DNA from: an uncultured Clostridium sp.
GTDB taxonomy: Bacteria; Bacillota; Clostridia; TANB77; CAG-508
Assembly: GCA_948471115.1 (NCBI GenBank)
Contig: CAOKRJ010000002.1
Span: 4,805-68,804 of the forward strand
Length of the DNA: 64,000 bases
Reading direction: 5' to 3'
In this document: piece by piece, positions 10,601 to 19,818 of the stretch
How positions within the stretch are numbered: the first letter of the stretch is position 1
Layout: the number at the start of each line of letters is the position of its first letter
The notes under the pieces: model-generated
What the model was told of the DNA's origin: nothing
The model's input: the letters and a program-made list of their open reading frames with translations, nothing else
Databases searched by the model: none
Made by a program: the position numbers and the translations under genes

Positions 10601-12922
10601 TCTAAAGAAACGAGACAAAATTACAGATATAGTAGATGATTGGGTAGAAATAGCAGAAAATGAGGATGGAATAAGAATAAATAAATACTTTGCAGACCAC
10701 CCCGAAATGATACTTCGGAAAAATGGAAATCGTGCCAACTCAATATGGTATGGACTCAACTTGTAAGGCACACGAGTATGTAGAATTACCAAAATTATTA
10801 AATGATGCAATAGTTTATTTAGAAAATAAAATTGACGATTACCAAATAGATATGATAGACGAAGATGAAAAAACTATTCCAGCAAATCCTAATGTAAGAA
10901 ATTTTTCATATACAATAGTTGATGAACAGGTGTATTATAGAGAAAATAGCCAAATGATTTTACAAGACCTACCAATAACATCTATTAACAGAATTAAAAG
11001 TATGATAGCAATAAGGGAATGTGTAAGAGAACTTATAGATGTACAAATGGAAGATGGTTCAAATGACGAAATAAAAGAGTTACAAGCAAGATTGAATGGA
11101 CTATATGATAATTTTACTAATAAATATGGACTAATAAATAGTACTACAAATGAAAGAGCATTTTCTGAGGATAGTAGTTATTATCTATTATGCTCACTTG
11201 AAATATTAAACGAGAATAAGAAATTTATACGAAAAGCTGATATGTTTACCAAGAGAACAATAAAGCCAAATAGAACAGTAACGAAAGTAGATAATAGTAT
11301 TGATAGTTTAATTTTATCAATATCAGAAAAAGCACGAGTAGATTTAGAATATATGCAAGGTCTAACAGGAAAAACACAAGAAGAACTTATAGAGGAACTA
11401 GAAGGTAGTATATATAAAGATCCTATAAGTGAAGAATATGTTACAGCAGACGAATATCTTTCTGGAAATGTAAGAGAAAAGCTAAAAATAGCAAGAAGAA
11501 TGGCAGAAAATGATAAGGAGTATGAAATCAATGTAAAAGCATTAGAACAAGTAAAAATACCAGATTTGTCAGCTAGTGAAATCAGTGTAAGATTAGGTGC
11601 GACGTGGATACCTCTTTCAGATATAGAACAATTTATGTATGAACTGCTTGGAACAAGCGATAACAAAAAGAGATATATAAAAGTACACTATTCGGACTAT
11701 ACATCTGAGTGGAATATTAGTGGTAAAGGCGAAGATTGTAGTAATGTAAAGGCTTTTAACACTTATGGTACAAGGAGAGTAAATGCGTATAAGATAATTG
11801 AAACTACATTAAATTTAAAAGACGTAAGAATATATGATACAGTTATTAATATTGATGGAAAAGAAGAAAGAGTATTAAATGCAAAAGAAACGGCTATTGC
11901 ACAGTCTAAACAAGAACTTATAAAAGAAAAGTTTACAGAATGGATATGGAAGGATCAATCTAGGCGTGAAAGATTAGTCAATTTATATAATGATAAATTT
12001 AATAATATTAGACCAAGAGAATATAATGGGAGATATATAAATTTTGGAGGAATTAATCCAGAGATAAGGCTAAGAAAACATCAAGAAAATGCAATAGCAC
12101 ATATTCTTTATGGTGGTAATACATTGTTAGCACATGAAGTTGGTGCAGGTAAAACATTTGAAATGGTAGCAGGAGCTATGGAAGCTAAAAGGCTTGGACT
12201 TTGTAACAAGTCTTTATTTTGTGTTCCAAACCACATAATAGAACAATTTGCAAGTGAATTTATGCAGTTGTATCCAAGTGCAAATATTCTTGTTGCAACG
12301 AAAAAGGACTTTACAACTAATAATCGTAAAAAGTTCTGTTCAAAAATAGCAACAGGAGATTATGATGCTGTAATTATTCGGACACTCGCAATTTGAGAAA
12401 ATACCAATATCAAAAGAAAGACAAGAAGCAATATTACAAGAACAGATAAATGATTTAGTGTTATCAATAGATAATTTAAAAAATAATGACGGAGAATATT
12501 ATTCAATAAAGCAACTAGAGAAAAGTAAAAGTAAAATAGAAGAAAAGCTAAAGAGATTAAATGACCAGAGCAAAAAGGACAATGTAATAACTTTTGAGCA
12601 ACTAGGTTGTGATAGACTTTTTATTGACGAGGCACATTATTTTAAGAACTTATTTTTATTTACTAAAATGCGTAATGTTGGTGGAATTGCACAAACAGAG
12701 GCACAGAAAAGTTCTGATTTATTTATGAAATGTAGATATTTAGACGAATTAACTGGAGGAAAAGGTATTGTTTTTGCAACTGGGACACCTATCTCTAATT
12801 CAATGGTAGAACTTTATACAATGCAAAGGTATTTACAGTATAGTACATTAGTAGAAAGGGGACTAATACAATTCGACAGTTGGGCAAGTACCTTTGGAGA
12901 AACAGTAACAGCACTGGAACTA
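7658..12922 (+). CDS. Giant ArdC-like / N6-adenine DNA methyltransferase / SNF2-helicase protein, 5' part (needs +1 at 10148, 10155, 10327, 10343, 10716, 12379; interrupted by nested element at 12922)
   Basis: ATG 7658 follows GAGGTG. Five consecutive ORFs are linked at in-frame CGGs. Recoded motifs are EPSCGVGNFFG, GNVPFG and helicase AHEVGAGKT. Homology continues at 21915 (..TALEL|APEGTGY..). Confidence 0.8.
8490..8840 (+). CDS. TnpV-like protein encoded in an alternative frame entirely inside the giant gene
   Basis: SD AAGGAGG (8475-8481) lies 8 nt before ATG 8490. The product aligns along its length with TnpV at 13039-13422 (..PNL..GKYA..L..L....Y..LL..KL...L....E.....I..L.KQE.ITEE.KA...EW....NN.). 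The host frame also stays open. Confidence 0.6.
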   Translation: MEKIEYTKIKDYNIPNLAMEKEKIPNGKYARMRLKFLRENKKAYYSILLMDKSLNEELMRVQEQATEMINKIIEKLVKQEGITEEMKARDPMEWTGVMNNCKMIAEGQVIRELIYS

Positions 12923-13038
12923 AAAGTAATCAAAATGTTTGACCGAATGTATAATACTAAATATCAAAAAGTTGCTTAATACACATTTGAAAAAGGCTAC
13001 AAAGTAAAGTAAAATCAGTATTGAAAGGTGGTATAATT

Positions 13039-13422
13039 ATGGAATTAAAAAATGAATATGTTGATGAAAGAACTGGAATAACTTACACACTAAAAGGAGA
13101 TTATTATTTTCCAAATCTAACAATACCAAAAGATACAAACTTTACTATTGGAAGATATGGAAAAGCACATTTAAGACATATAAAACAATATAACAAACCT
13201 TTATATACAGACTTATTACTAGATGGAAAACTAAACAATTATTTACATTCAATAGATGAAAAATGTAATTCTCTTTTAGACAGTATAATAACAAAATTAG
13301 CTAAACAAGAAAATGTTACAGAAGAATTAAAAGCTAATCATCAATTAGAATGGGTGGCTAGAATGAATAATATTAAGAATAGAGCCGAAGAAATAGTTTA
13401 TAACGAGTATGTATATAACTAA
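13039..13422 (+). CDS. tnpV: TnpV-family transposon protein
   Basis: MELKNEYVDERTGITYTLKGDYYFPNLT...LAKQENVTEELKANHQLEWVARMNNIKNRAEEIV has the TnpV family signature. RBS GAAAGGTGG is present. Confidence 0.7.
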   Translation: MELKNEYVDERTGITYTLKGDYYFPNLTIPKDTNFTIGRYGKAHLRHIKQYNKPLYTDLLLDGKLNNYLHSIDEKCNSLLDSIITKLAKQENVTEELKANHQLEWVARMNNIKNRAEEIVYNEYVYN

Positions 13423-13558
13423 AAAGGAAAATTGAATATAAAGGAAATACATAGCCTTATATCTAATGTAAAAACATTGATATAGGGTTTATTTTTTTAC
13501 TAACTGAAAAGCAATATATTTTTCTTTAGCTAGTAAAAGGAAAGGAGGAAACAGCCAA

Positions 13559-14593
13559 ATGAAAGAACTAGAAGTTATTGATGCAGAAACTTTATTATAT
13601 AACCCTTTAGGGCAAACAGAATTTATCATTGAGAATATTTTACCTATTGGACTACACTTATTTTGTGGAGCTTCTAAAATAGGCAAAAGTTGGTTAATGC
13701 TAAAAATATGTTTACAAGTATCAAAAGGAGAGTCTATATGGGAATTAAAAACAAAAGAATGTGATGTTTTATATTTATGTTTAGAAGATACATTTTCAAG
13801 AATACAAAGCAGATTATTTAAAATCACAGATACAGCAAACAACAGATTACATTTTGCAACATCTACAAATAAAATTTCAAATGGACTTATATTACAACTA
13901 GAAAGCCATATAAAGCAATTTCCAAATACAAGACTAATAGTTATAGATACATTGCAAAAAATCCGTAATCAAGGAAATGACAACAGTTATTCAAGTGATT
14001 ATGGAGATGTATCAGTTTTAAAAGATTTTGCAGACAAATATAAAATAGCAATTATATTAGTACACCATATAAGAAAGCAAGGCGATAACGATGTATTCAA
14101 TAAAGTTTCTGGAACAAATGGCATAATGGGAAGTAGTGATACAACATTTATACTAGATAAGAAATCACGAACAGACAGCACAGCTACTTTATATATAACT
14201 GGTAGAGATGTAGAATATCAAGAATTTGTTTTGAGATTTAATAATTGTAACTGGGAACTAATCAGCCAAGCAACACAAAAAGAAATTGAAGAACAACAGA
14301 CCCCAGAAGTAATATATAAAGTTGTAGAGCTTATGAAAAATAAAATGGAATGGCGAGGTAGTGCAACAGAACTACTAAAAGAACTAGAAGAAAAAGAAAT
14401 TGCACCTACAGTTATTACAAAGATATTGAATGAATATCACTTTACAAAATTAAAAGAAAACAACATTGTATATTCTTTATGCAGAGATAAGAACGGAAGA
14501 AAAATAATATTAAAAAGAAATGTCATTGATGACAATGATGACAACAATGACAATGATATTGAGATACCGACATTGTCATCAAATAAAAATTAA
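13559..14593 (+). CDS. AAA_25/RepA-like (RecA-fold) ATPase
   Basis: Walker A is GASKIGKS and Walker B-like is LIVIDTLQ. It has an acidic DDNDDNNDND tail. Confidence 0.65.
   Translation: MKELEVIDAETLLYNPLGQTEFIIENILPIGLHLFCGASKIGKSWLMLKICLQVSKGESIWELKTKECDVLYLCLEDTFSRIQSRLFKITDTANNRLHFATSTNKISNGLILQLESHIKQFPNTRLIVIDTLQKIRNQGNDNSYSSDYGDVSVLKDFADKYKIAIILVHHIRKQGDNDVFNKVSGTNGIMGSSDTTFILDKKSRTDSTATLYITGRDVEYQEFVLRFNNCNWELISQATQKEIEEQQTPEVIYKVVELMKNKMEWRGSATELLKELEEKEIAPTVITKILNEYHFTKLKENNIVYSLCRDKNGRKIILKRNVIDDNDDNNDNDIEIPTLSSNKN
14525..14557. repeat. GATGACAAY 9-bp iteron-like array (left arm)
   Basis: GATGACAAT GATGACAAC AATGACAAT. The inverted array lies at 15054-15090 and a further copy at 15563-15580. 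Confidence 0.5.
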
Positions 14594-14603
14594 GGAGGAG
14601 CTT

Positions 14604-15023
14604 ATGAAATTTATAGATAGTAAACACAGAGAATTTTGGAATGAAAAATACAAAGAAATGCAAACAATGGGAAAAACAGATGTGTATTATAAAGCAATAG
14701 TTTATACATTAGGAATATGTGAAACAACAAGAGATAATTTCAATAAAATATTTAATTTAAAGAATGGAGAAATAAACATTGATTCAATCAATGGAGCATA
14801 TCAAACAAGTACAAGTGAAAAAGTAACAAGAATGGCATTTAGTTTATGGAATAGATGTAACTATGATAGTGAAAAAGATATTGAAAACGAAAAAGTTGCC
14901 GACCGATATAATGTAAGCGAAATATTTAGTTGTAGTTATGCACCATATTTCTATGAGGGCATTAAAATAAGATACCCAGAATATACAAAAGAACAAAATA
15001 GAAATTATGATAGAGGACTATAA
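14604..15023 (+). CDS. Hypothetical protein
   Basis: RBS AAGGAGGAG precedes ATG 14604. 139 aa, no confident family. Confidence 0.55.
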   Translation: MKFIDSKHREFWNEKYKEMQTMGKTDVYYKAIVYTLGICETTRDNFNKIFNLKNGEINIDSINGAYQTSTSEKVTRMAFSLWNRCNYDSEKDIENEKVADRYNVSEIFSCSYAPYFYEGIKIRYPEYTKEQNRNYDRGL

Positions 15024-15053
15024 AATTTTTTATGACAAGAGGGCTATCACAAA

Positions 15054-15090
15054 ATCAATGTCATCATTGTCATCGTTGTCATCACTGTCA
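15054..15090. repeat. GATGACAAY iteron-like array (right arm, inverted)
   Basis: The reverse complement reads GATGACAAC GATGACAAT GATGACATT. Confidence 0.5.
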
Positions 15091-15150
15091 AAAAAATAGA
15101 AAATTTTAGAGTAAAAAACAATAAGAAATAATCAAGTAGAAATCTGCATT

Positions 15151-15245
15151 GATAGATTTATCTATCAGTGTAGCGAGCATAGGTTTTGTGTCGCACCCAA
15201 AACCGACAACATTCGTTGAAAGGGGTTTTGCACCCCTATAACCCC
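15151..15245 (+). promoter_or_regulatory. oriT-like region of the nested element
   Basis: Contains palindrome GATAGAtttaTCTATC and hairpins GGTTTTG-N9-CAAAACC and AGGGGTtttgCACCCCT followed by ATAACCCC. It lies directly upstream of the MobC/relaxase genes. A related hairpin lies at 25577-25598. Confidence 0.45.
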
Positions 15246-15276
15246 AGCTAAAAAAGTTGAAAGGAAGTGGATTATT

Positions 15277-15600
15277 TTGAAAAATAAAAAGGTAGAAATT
15301 CATTTAAGAGTGAGTGAAAATGAAAAGAAAAAATTAGAAAGAAATGCGAAAAATAGTGGTACAAACTTATCAGCATATTTAAGAAAAGTTGGACTAAAAA
15401 AAGAAATTTACCCAGTACCAGATAAAGAATTTTATAAAATTTATATTGATATTTGCAAAGTAAAAAGTAATGTTAATAGGTTAGAAAAAGAAAAAATAAT
15501 ACAATGTTTAGAGTTAATTGAAAAGAAATTTTTAGACATTTATTATTCAAAAAATAATGGAGATGATGACAATGGCAACAACGAAAATATGGGCAATTAA
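15277..15600 (+). CDS. MobC-like relaxosome accessory protein (RHH)
   Basis: HLRVSENEKKKLERNAKNSGTNLSAYLRKVGL matches the MobC pattern. It is a paralogue of 25613-25942. Confidence 0.7.
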   Translation: MKNKKVEIHLRVSENEKKKLERNAKNSGTNLSAYLRKVGLKKEIYPVPDKEFYKIYIDICKVKSNVNRLEKEKIIQCLELIEKKFLDIYYSKNNGDDDNGNNENMGN

Positions 15601-16951
15601 AGATAGTTTATCAAGAGTAGTTGACTATGCAAGTAACCCAGAAAAAACAACTTTTGCAGACCTAAAGCAAGTATTATTATATGCAGAAAATAAAGACAAA
15701 ACCATTGATGAAAATGAAAAAACTATGTATGTAACTGGTGTAAATTGTAATAGAGAAACAGCATTTGAAGAAATGAGTTATATACAAAAAAAGTATGATA
15801 AACAAGATGGAAATGTAGCATATCACGCATATCAAAGTTTTAAAACTGGCGAAGTATCTCCAGAACAAGCACATAAAATTGGAGTAGAACTAGCAAGGAA
15901 AATGTGGGGAGAACATCAAGTAATAATAGCAACACACTTTAATACTGGCACATATCATAATCATTTTGTAGTAAATTCAGTTAATATGTTTACTGGCAAA
16001 AAGTTTAATTGTAACAAAGGAGCATATTATCGTTTTAGAGGGTTATCAGATGAATTGTGTGCTGAAAATAATCTAACTGTTATAAAAAATCCCAAAGGAA
16101 GAACACCAAGAAATATATATTTTGCAGAAAAAAGAGGAGAGCCAACAAAGTATAATCTAATGAGAAAAGCAATAGATGAAACACTAGAAATATGTGTAAG
16201 CTATGCACAATTTAAAAAGGCAATGTATAAGAAAGGCTATATTATAAATGATGATCCAAACCGAAAGTATGCAACGATTCGTTCAATAAATGATAAAAAA
16301 GCAACAAGAATGTATCAGTTAGGAGAACAATATACACCGAAAAACATTGCTGAAAGAGTATTCCATAACCCTTGCTATGTGCAAGAAGAATACTACAAAT
16401 TAGTAAAACCAAAAAAGAAATATAAGAAATACAAAGTTTATAAATATAAAGGGAGTTTTAAAAGCATAAGTAAAATGTCTGGAATAGAAATGCTTTTTGT
16501 AGCTCTCTTTTATTTTATGGGGCTATTACCAAAAGAAAAACCACACTATAAACCATTATCACCAGAAATGAAACAAGCAGTTAGAAAAATGGAAAGATAT
16601 TCAAATCAAGTAAGGTTAGTTGCAAAAGAAAAATTAAGCACTATTGAAGATGTAAAAGCTTATATTTCACAAACTGAAAAAGATATTGCAAATGTAACCA
16701 ATATAAGACAGAAATATAGAAATAAGTTAAGAAATTGCACCGACAATGACTTAATAAATGAATACAAACTAAAACGAGATAATTGTACTACACTTCTAAA
16801 AGATTATAGAAAAAGTTTAAAAATTGCTAATCAAATTATAGAAGATGTCCCTAAAATCAAAGAAGTAGTACAAATAGAGAAACAAACGAGAAATGAAGAA
16901 CTAACACAAAACAAAGAAAAAAATAAATATAGAGATAGAGGAGGCAGATAA
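15572..16951 (+). CDS. Relaxase/mobilisation nuclease
   Basis: MATTKIWAIK.. parallels MATTRIWKIE of the ICE relaxase. The HFNTGTYHNHFVVNSV histidine triad is present. An in-frame upstream ATG at 15557 is also possible. Confidence 0.8.
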   Translation: MATTKIWAIKDSLSRVVDYASNPEKTTFADLKQVLLYAENKDKTIDENEKTMYVTGVNCNRETAFEEMSYIQKKYDKQDGNVAYHAYQSFKTGEVSPEQAHKIGVELARKMWGEHQVIIATHFNTGTYHNHFVVNSVNMFTGKKFNCNKGAYYRFRGLSDELCAENNLTVIKNPKGRTPRNIYFAEKRGEPTKYNLMRKAIDETLEICVSYAQFKKAMYKKGYIINDDPNRKYATIRSINDKKATRMYQLGEQYTPKNIAERVFHNPCYVQEEYYKLVKPKKKYKKYKVYKYKGSFKSISKMSGIEMLFVALFYFMGLLPKEKPHYKPLSPEMKQAVRKMERYSNQVRLVAKEKLSTIEDVKAYISQTEKDIANVTNIRQKYRNKLRNCTDNDLINEYKLKRDNCTTLLKDYRKSLKIANQIIEDVPKIKEVVQIEKQTRNEELTQNKEKNKYRDRGGR

Positions 16952-16953
16952 AA

Positions 16954-17778
16954 TTGAGTGAAAAAACTGTAAGCATAAATGATTTATATGAGTTTAAAGA
17001 TAACCCATATAAAGTAAAAGATAATGAAGAAATGCAAGATTTAATAGATAGCATAAAAAAATATGGAATTATAGAACCCTTAATCGTACGAAAAAGAGAT
17101 AAAGGAGGGTATGAAATTATAAGTGGGCATAGAAGAAAATATGCTTGTGAAAAGGCAGGAATAAAACAAGTTCCTGTCTTAATTCGTGATATGGACAAAA
17201 ACCTAGCAGTTATAACTGTTGTCGATAGTAATTTACAAAGACAAGATATACTTCCATCAGAGAAAGCATTTGCTTTTAAGATGAAACTAGATGCAGAAAG
17301 ACATCAAGGTAAAACTTCTGGACAAGATGTCCAGAAGTGGACACGAGAAAATATAACAGATAATATGAGTGGTAGACAAGTTCAAAGATATGTAAGACTA
17401 ACAGAACTAATACCAGAATTATTGAAGTTAGTTGATGAAAATAAAATGGCGATGTCCCCAGCAGTAGAAATATCTTATTTAAAAAATCAAGAACAAAAGG
17501 ACTTATTAGAAACAATAGAAAGTGAAGATTGCACACCATCATACCCACAAGCAATAAGAATGAGAGAATTAAGCAAACAAAATAAATTAGATATGGACAC
17601 GATTTTCAATATAATGACAGAGCAAAAGCCAAATCAAAAAGAGCAAATAAAATTTAAAGTGGAAAAATTAAAAGGTTATTTTCCAAAAGGTTATAGTACA
17701 AAACAAATGGAAGATGTTATTGAAAATTTACTGAAACAATATAAACAGAGATGGAAAAATAGAGAGTTAGGAAGATAA
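16954..17778 (+). CDS. ParB/Srx-domain protein (paralogue of 1295-2248)
   Basis: ISGHRRKYA, SNLQRQDILPSEKAFAFK and the C-terminal PNQKEQIKF..YFP block are shared with the ICE copy. Confidence 0.75.
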   Translation: MSEKTVSINDLYEFKDNPYKVKDNEEMQDLIDSIKKYGIIEPLIVRKRDKGGYEIISGHRRKYACEKAGIKQVPVLIRDMDKNLAVITVVDSNLQRQDILPSEKAFAFKMKLDAERHQGKTSGQDVQKWTRENITDNMSGRQVQRYVRLTELIPELLKLVDENKMAMSPAVEISYLKNQEQKDLLETIESEDCTPSYPQAIRMRELSKQNKLDMDTIFNIMTEQKPNQKEQIKFKVEKLKGYFPKGYSTKQMEDVIENLLKQYKQRWKNRELGR

Positions 17779-17800
17779 AAAAAGACTAGCATATAAAATG

Positions 17801-18037
17801 TTAGTCATCATCTATATCATTAAAAATTGGGTCATCAAAAAATTCTTTTAAGGTTATATCAAAACCAAAGCATATACGAATAATTGTAAGCAATTTAGGA
17901 TTTTGACTTGTACCATCAACTAAACTGTTAACTGTTGATTGATTCATTCCAGATAAAGTAGCAAGTTTGTTGATAGAAATATCTTTCTTTTTGCATAGAT
18001 ATATTATTCTTGATTTAACAGCTTGTTGTAAGTCCAT
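17801..18037 (-). CDS. XRE-family HTH regulator
   Basis: MDLQQAVKSRIIYLCKKKDISINKLATLSGMNQSTVNSLV is preceded by SD AAAGGAG. It is divergent from the promoter at 18100. Confidence 0.7.
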   Translation of the reverse strand: MDLQQAVKSRIIYLCKKKDISINKLATLSGMNQSTVNSLVDGTSQNPKLLTIIRICFGFDITLKEFFDDPIFNDIDDD

Positions 18038-18099
18038 AGCAAATTCTCCTTTCAAAATTAGTATAACAAATTATACCCTTGAATATTACCGACACATTG

Positions 18100-18128
18100 T
18101 TGACTTGTAAAAATAAAAAATATACAAT
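18100..18128 (+). promoter_or_regulatory. Sigma-A-type promoter flanked by TACCGACA direct repeats
   Basis: TTGACT-N17-TACAAT. TACCGACA occurs at 18087-18094 and 18128-18135. Confidence 0.5.
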
Positions 18129-18159
18129 ACCGACAGAATGGTAATAAGGAGGAAAATGT

Positions 18160-18729
18160 ATGAAAGAAAATCATAAAATTAAAATATTAGATGAGTTGTA
18201 TGAAATAAGAGAAGGAGAGGTTGAAAAGCAGTATATAGCAAAATATGGAGAGCCAGTAGAAATTGACAAAGCACACAAAGCAGATGATGAATTAGTAAAT
18301 TTTATGAAGAAATTTATAAAAGATGAAAAAGATATGCAAGAATTATTTAATAAAATAAATAACTATGAATTGAAAGCAATGGGAGAAATGTGTTTTTGGT
18401 ATAAACCATATTATAAGGCTGGATTTATTGACGCAGTATTACTAAAAAAACAGTTACAAGAAGAAAGAATTAAAAATAAATCTAATGAAGATAGTATTTA
18501 TGATAAATTTGATGATATATGGGACTATGTAGATAAAACAAAGCACAATAATTTAAAATCAAATGAATATTATAATAGCATTAAAAAAGAACTTATTGAA
18601 ATATATAGTAAATATCCTAGAGTAGAGGACTTTATTTACAATGAAAAAATTGAAGAATTTACACCAGAAGAAATGAAAGCAATTTTAAAAGTAATAAGTT
18701 TATACAATGATAGATTTACAATAGAGTAA
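18160..18729 (+). CDS. Hypothetical protein (paralogue pair A)
   Basis: Shares a FW(Y/N)K.YYK.GF.D...LKK core and overall layout with 18786-19427. Confidence 0.55.
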   Translation: MKENHKIKILDELYEIREGEVEKQYIAKYGEPVEIDKAHKADDELVNFMKKFIKDEKDMQELFNKINNYELKAMGEMCFWYKPYYKAGFIDAVLLKKQLQEERIKNKSNEDSIYDKFDDIWDYVDKTKHNNLKSNEYYNSIKKELIEIYSKYPRVEDFIYNEKIEEFTPEEMKAILKVISLYNDRFTIE

Positions 18730-18785
18730 GAAGAAATGTTTAAAATTGGTGTAAGAACAGGAAAGTCATTGTAGGAGGGTAAAAA

Positions 18786-19427
18786 ATGGAAAAAAGAGAA
18801 TATACAGTAAATGAGTTATTTGAAAATCAAGTTTTAAATGATATATACGAAACAAGAGGAGATGGACTACAAAGCTTATATATTAGTATGTATGGAAAAA
18901 CAGAAGAAATAACAAAAGTTGAAAAAGCAAAGAAAGAATTAGAAAACTTAATGTATCAATTAGTAAAAGATAAGGAAAAACAAAAACAATTATGGCTAAA
19001 ATTAGACAGATTTGAGGGTGCTATGTCTGGAGAAAGTAGTTTTTGGAATAAACAGTATTATAAATTAGGCTTTTTAGATAGAATATACCTAAAAAAAGAA
19101 ATAGCAGATAATAAAAGAAAATTCGTAGAAAATAATGTTGAAAATTTAGAAGATACTTTAATTTACAAAAGTATGTGTTTTATAAAAGAAATGTTAGGTT
19201 CAAATCTTTGGAATATAAAAAAATATAAAGAGATAGTACACAAAATGAGTAAAATAAAAGAAGAATACCCCAATGTAAAGGAATTTATAGAAAGAAACGA
19301 AATAGTAAACTTTACTAAAAAGGAAATAAAAGCATTAAGTGAATATCTAAAATTAGCTGATGATATGCAAGATATTGAGTTTATAGAAACTTTTAAATTA
19401 GGACTAAAAGATAATAGTTTGTTATAG
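18786..19427 (+). CDS. Hypothetical protein (paralogue pair B)
   Basis: See 18160-18729. RBS GGAGGG is present. Confidence 0.55.
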   Translation: MEKREYTVNELFENQVLNDIYETRGDGLQSLYISMYGKTEEITKVEKAKKELENLMYQLVKDKEKQKQLWLKLDRFEGAMSGESSFWNKQYYKLGFLDRIYLKKEIADNKRKFVENNVENLEDTLIYKSMCFIKEMLGSNLWNIKKYKEIVHKMSKIKEEYPNVKEFIERNEIVNFTKKEIKALSEYLKLADDMQDIEFIETFKLGLKDNSLL

Positions 19428-19471
19428 AGATAGAAATAACGAAACCTTATAAAAGAAAATAATAAATTGAC

Positions 19472-19506
19472 AGAGATATTAAGAAATTAGTATCTCTATT
19501 TTTTTT
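19472..19506 (+). terminator. Rho-independent terminator
   Basis: AGAGATA-N12-TATCTCT is followed by a T-run. Confidence 0.55.
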
Positions 19507-19538
19507 ATGCTTAAAAACAGGAAGGAGGAGTAAAAAAG

Positions 19539-19721
19539 ATGTCTAACACGAAGAATAATAAAGACAGAAAAGATAATAAAATAATAGAAAAGACTATTAT
19601 TGAACGAAAATATACAAATGAAATTACTCCTATTCAAGCTATATTACCATTAGTAATGGAAGAAATTGATAGGAAAAGGAAACAATACAGAAAAGAACAC
19701 CCAGAAGAATTTGAAGAATAA
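19539..19721 (+). CDS. Hypothetical small basic protein
   Basis: A 60-aa ORF with RBS GGAAGGAGGAG. Confidence 0.4.
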   Translation: MSNTKNNKDRKDNKIIEKTIIERKYTNEITPIQAILPLVMEEIDRKRKQYRKEHPEEFEE

Positions 19722-19818
19722 TCACATAATTGTAATTATAATGATTTTAAATATAATCAAATAGAGAAATGAACTAGAACAATCTAGTCTTTTTTAATTT
19801 ATAGGAGGTGGAAGAAAT

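Noticed and set aside
13489-13842. Minus-strand ORF 13489-13842 (117 aa) upstream of or overlapping the RepA-like ATPase gene.
   Set aside because: It overlaps the well-supported plus-strand ATPase start region, has no RBS, and has no recognisable motif.
14525-15090. GATGACAAY repeats as a CRISPR array.
   Set aside because: The units are 9 bp and directly abutting without spacers. One array is coding and the arrays are inverted relative to each other. No cas genes are present.
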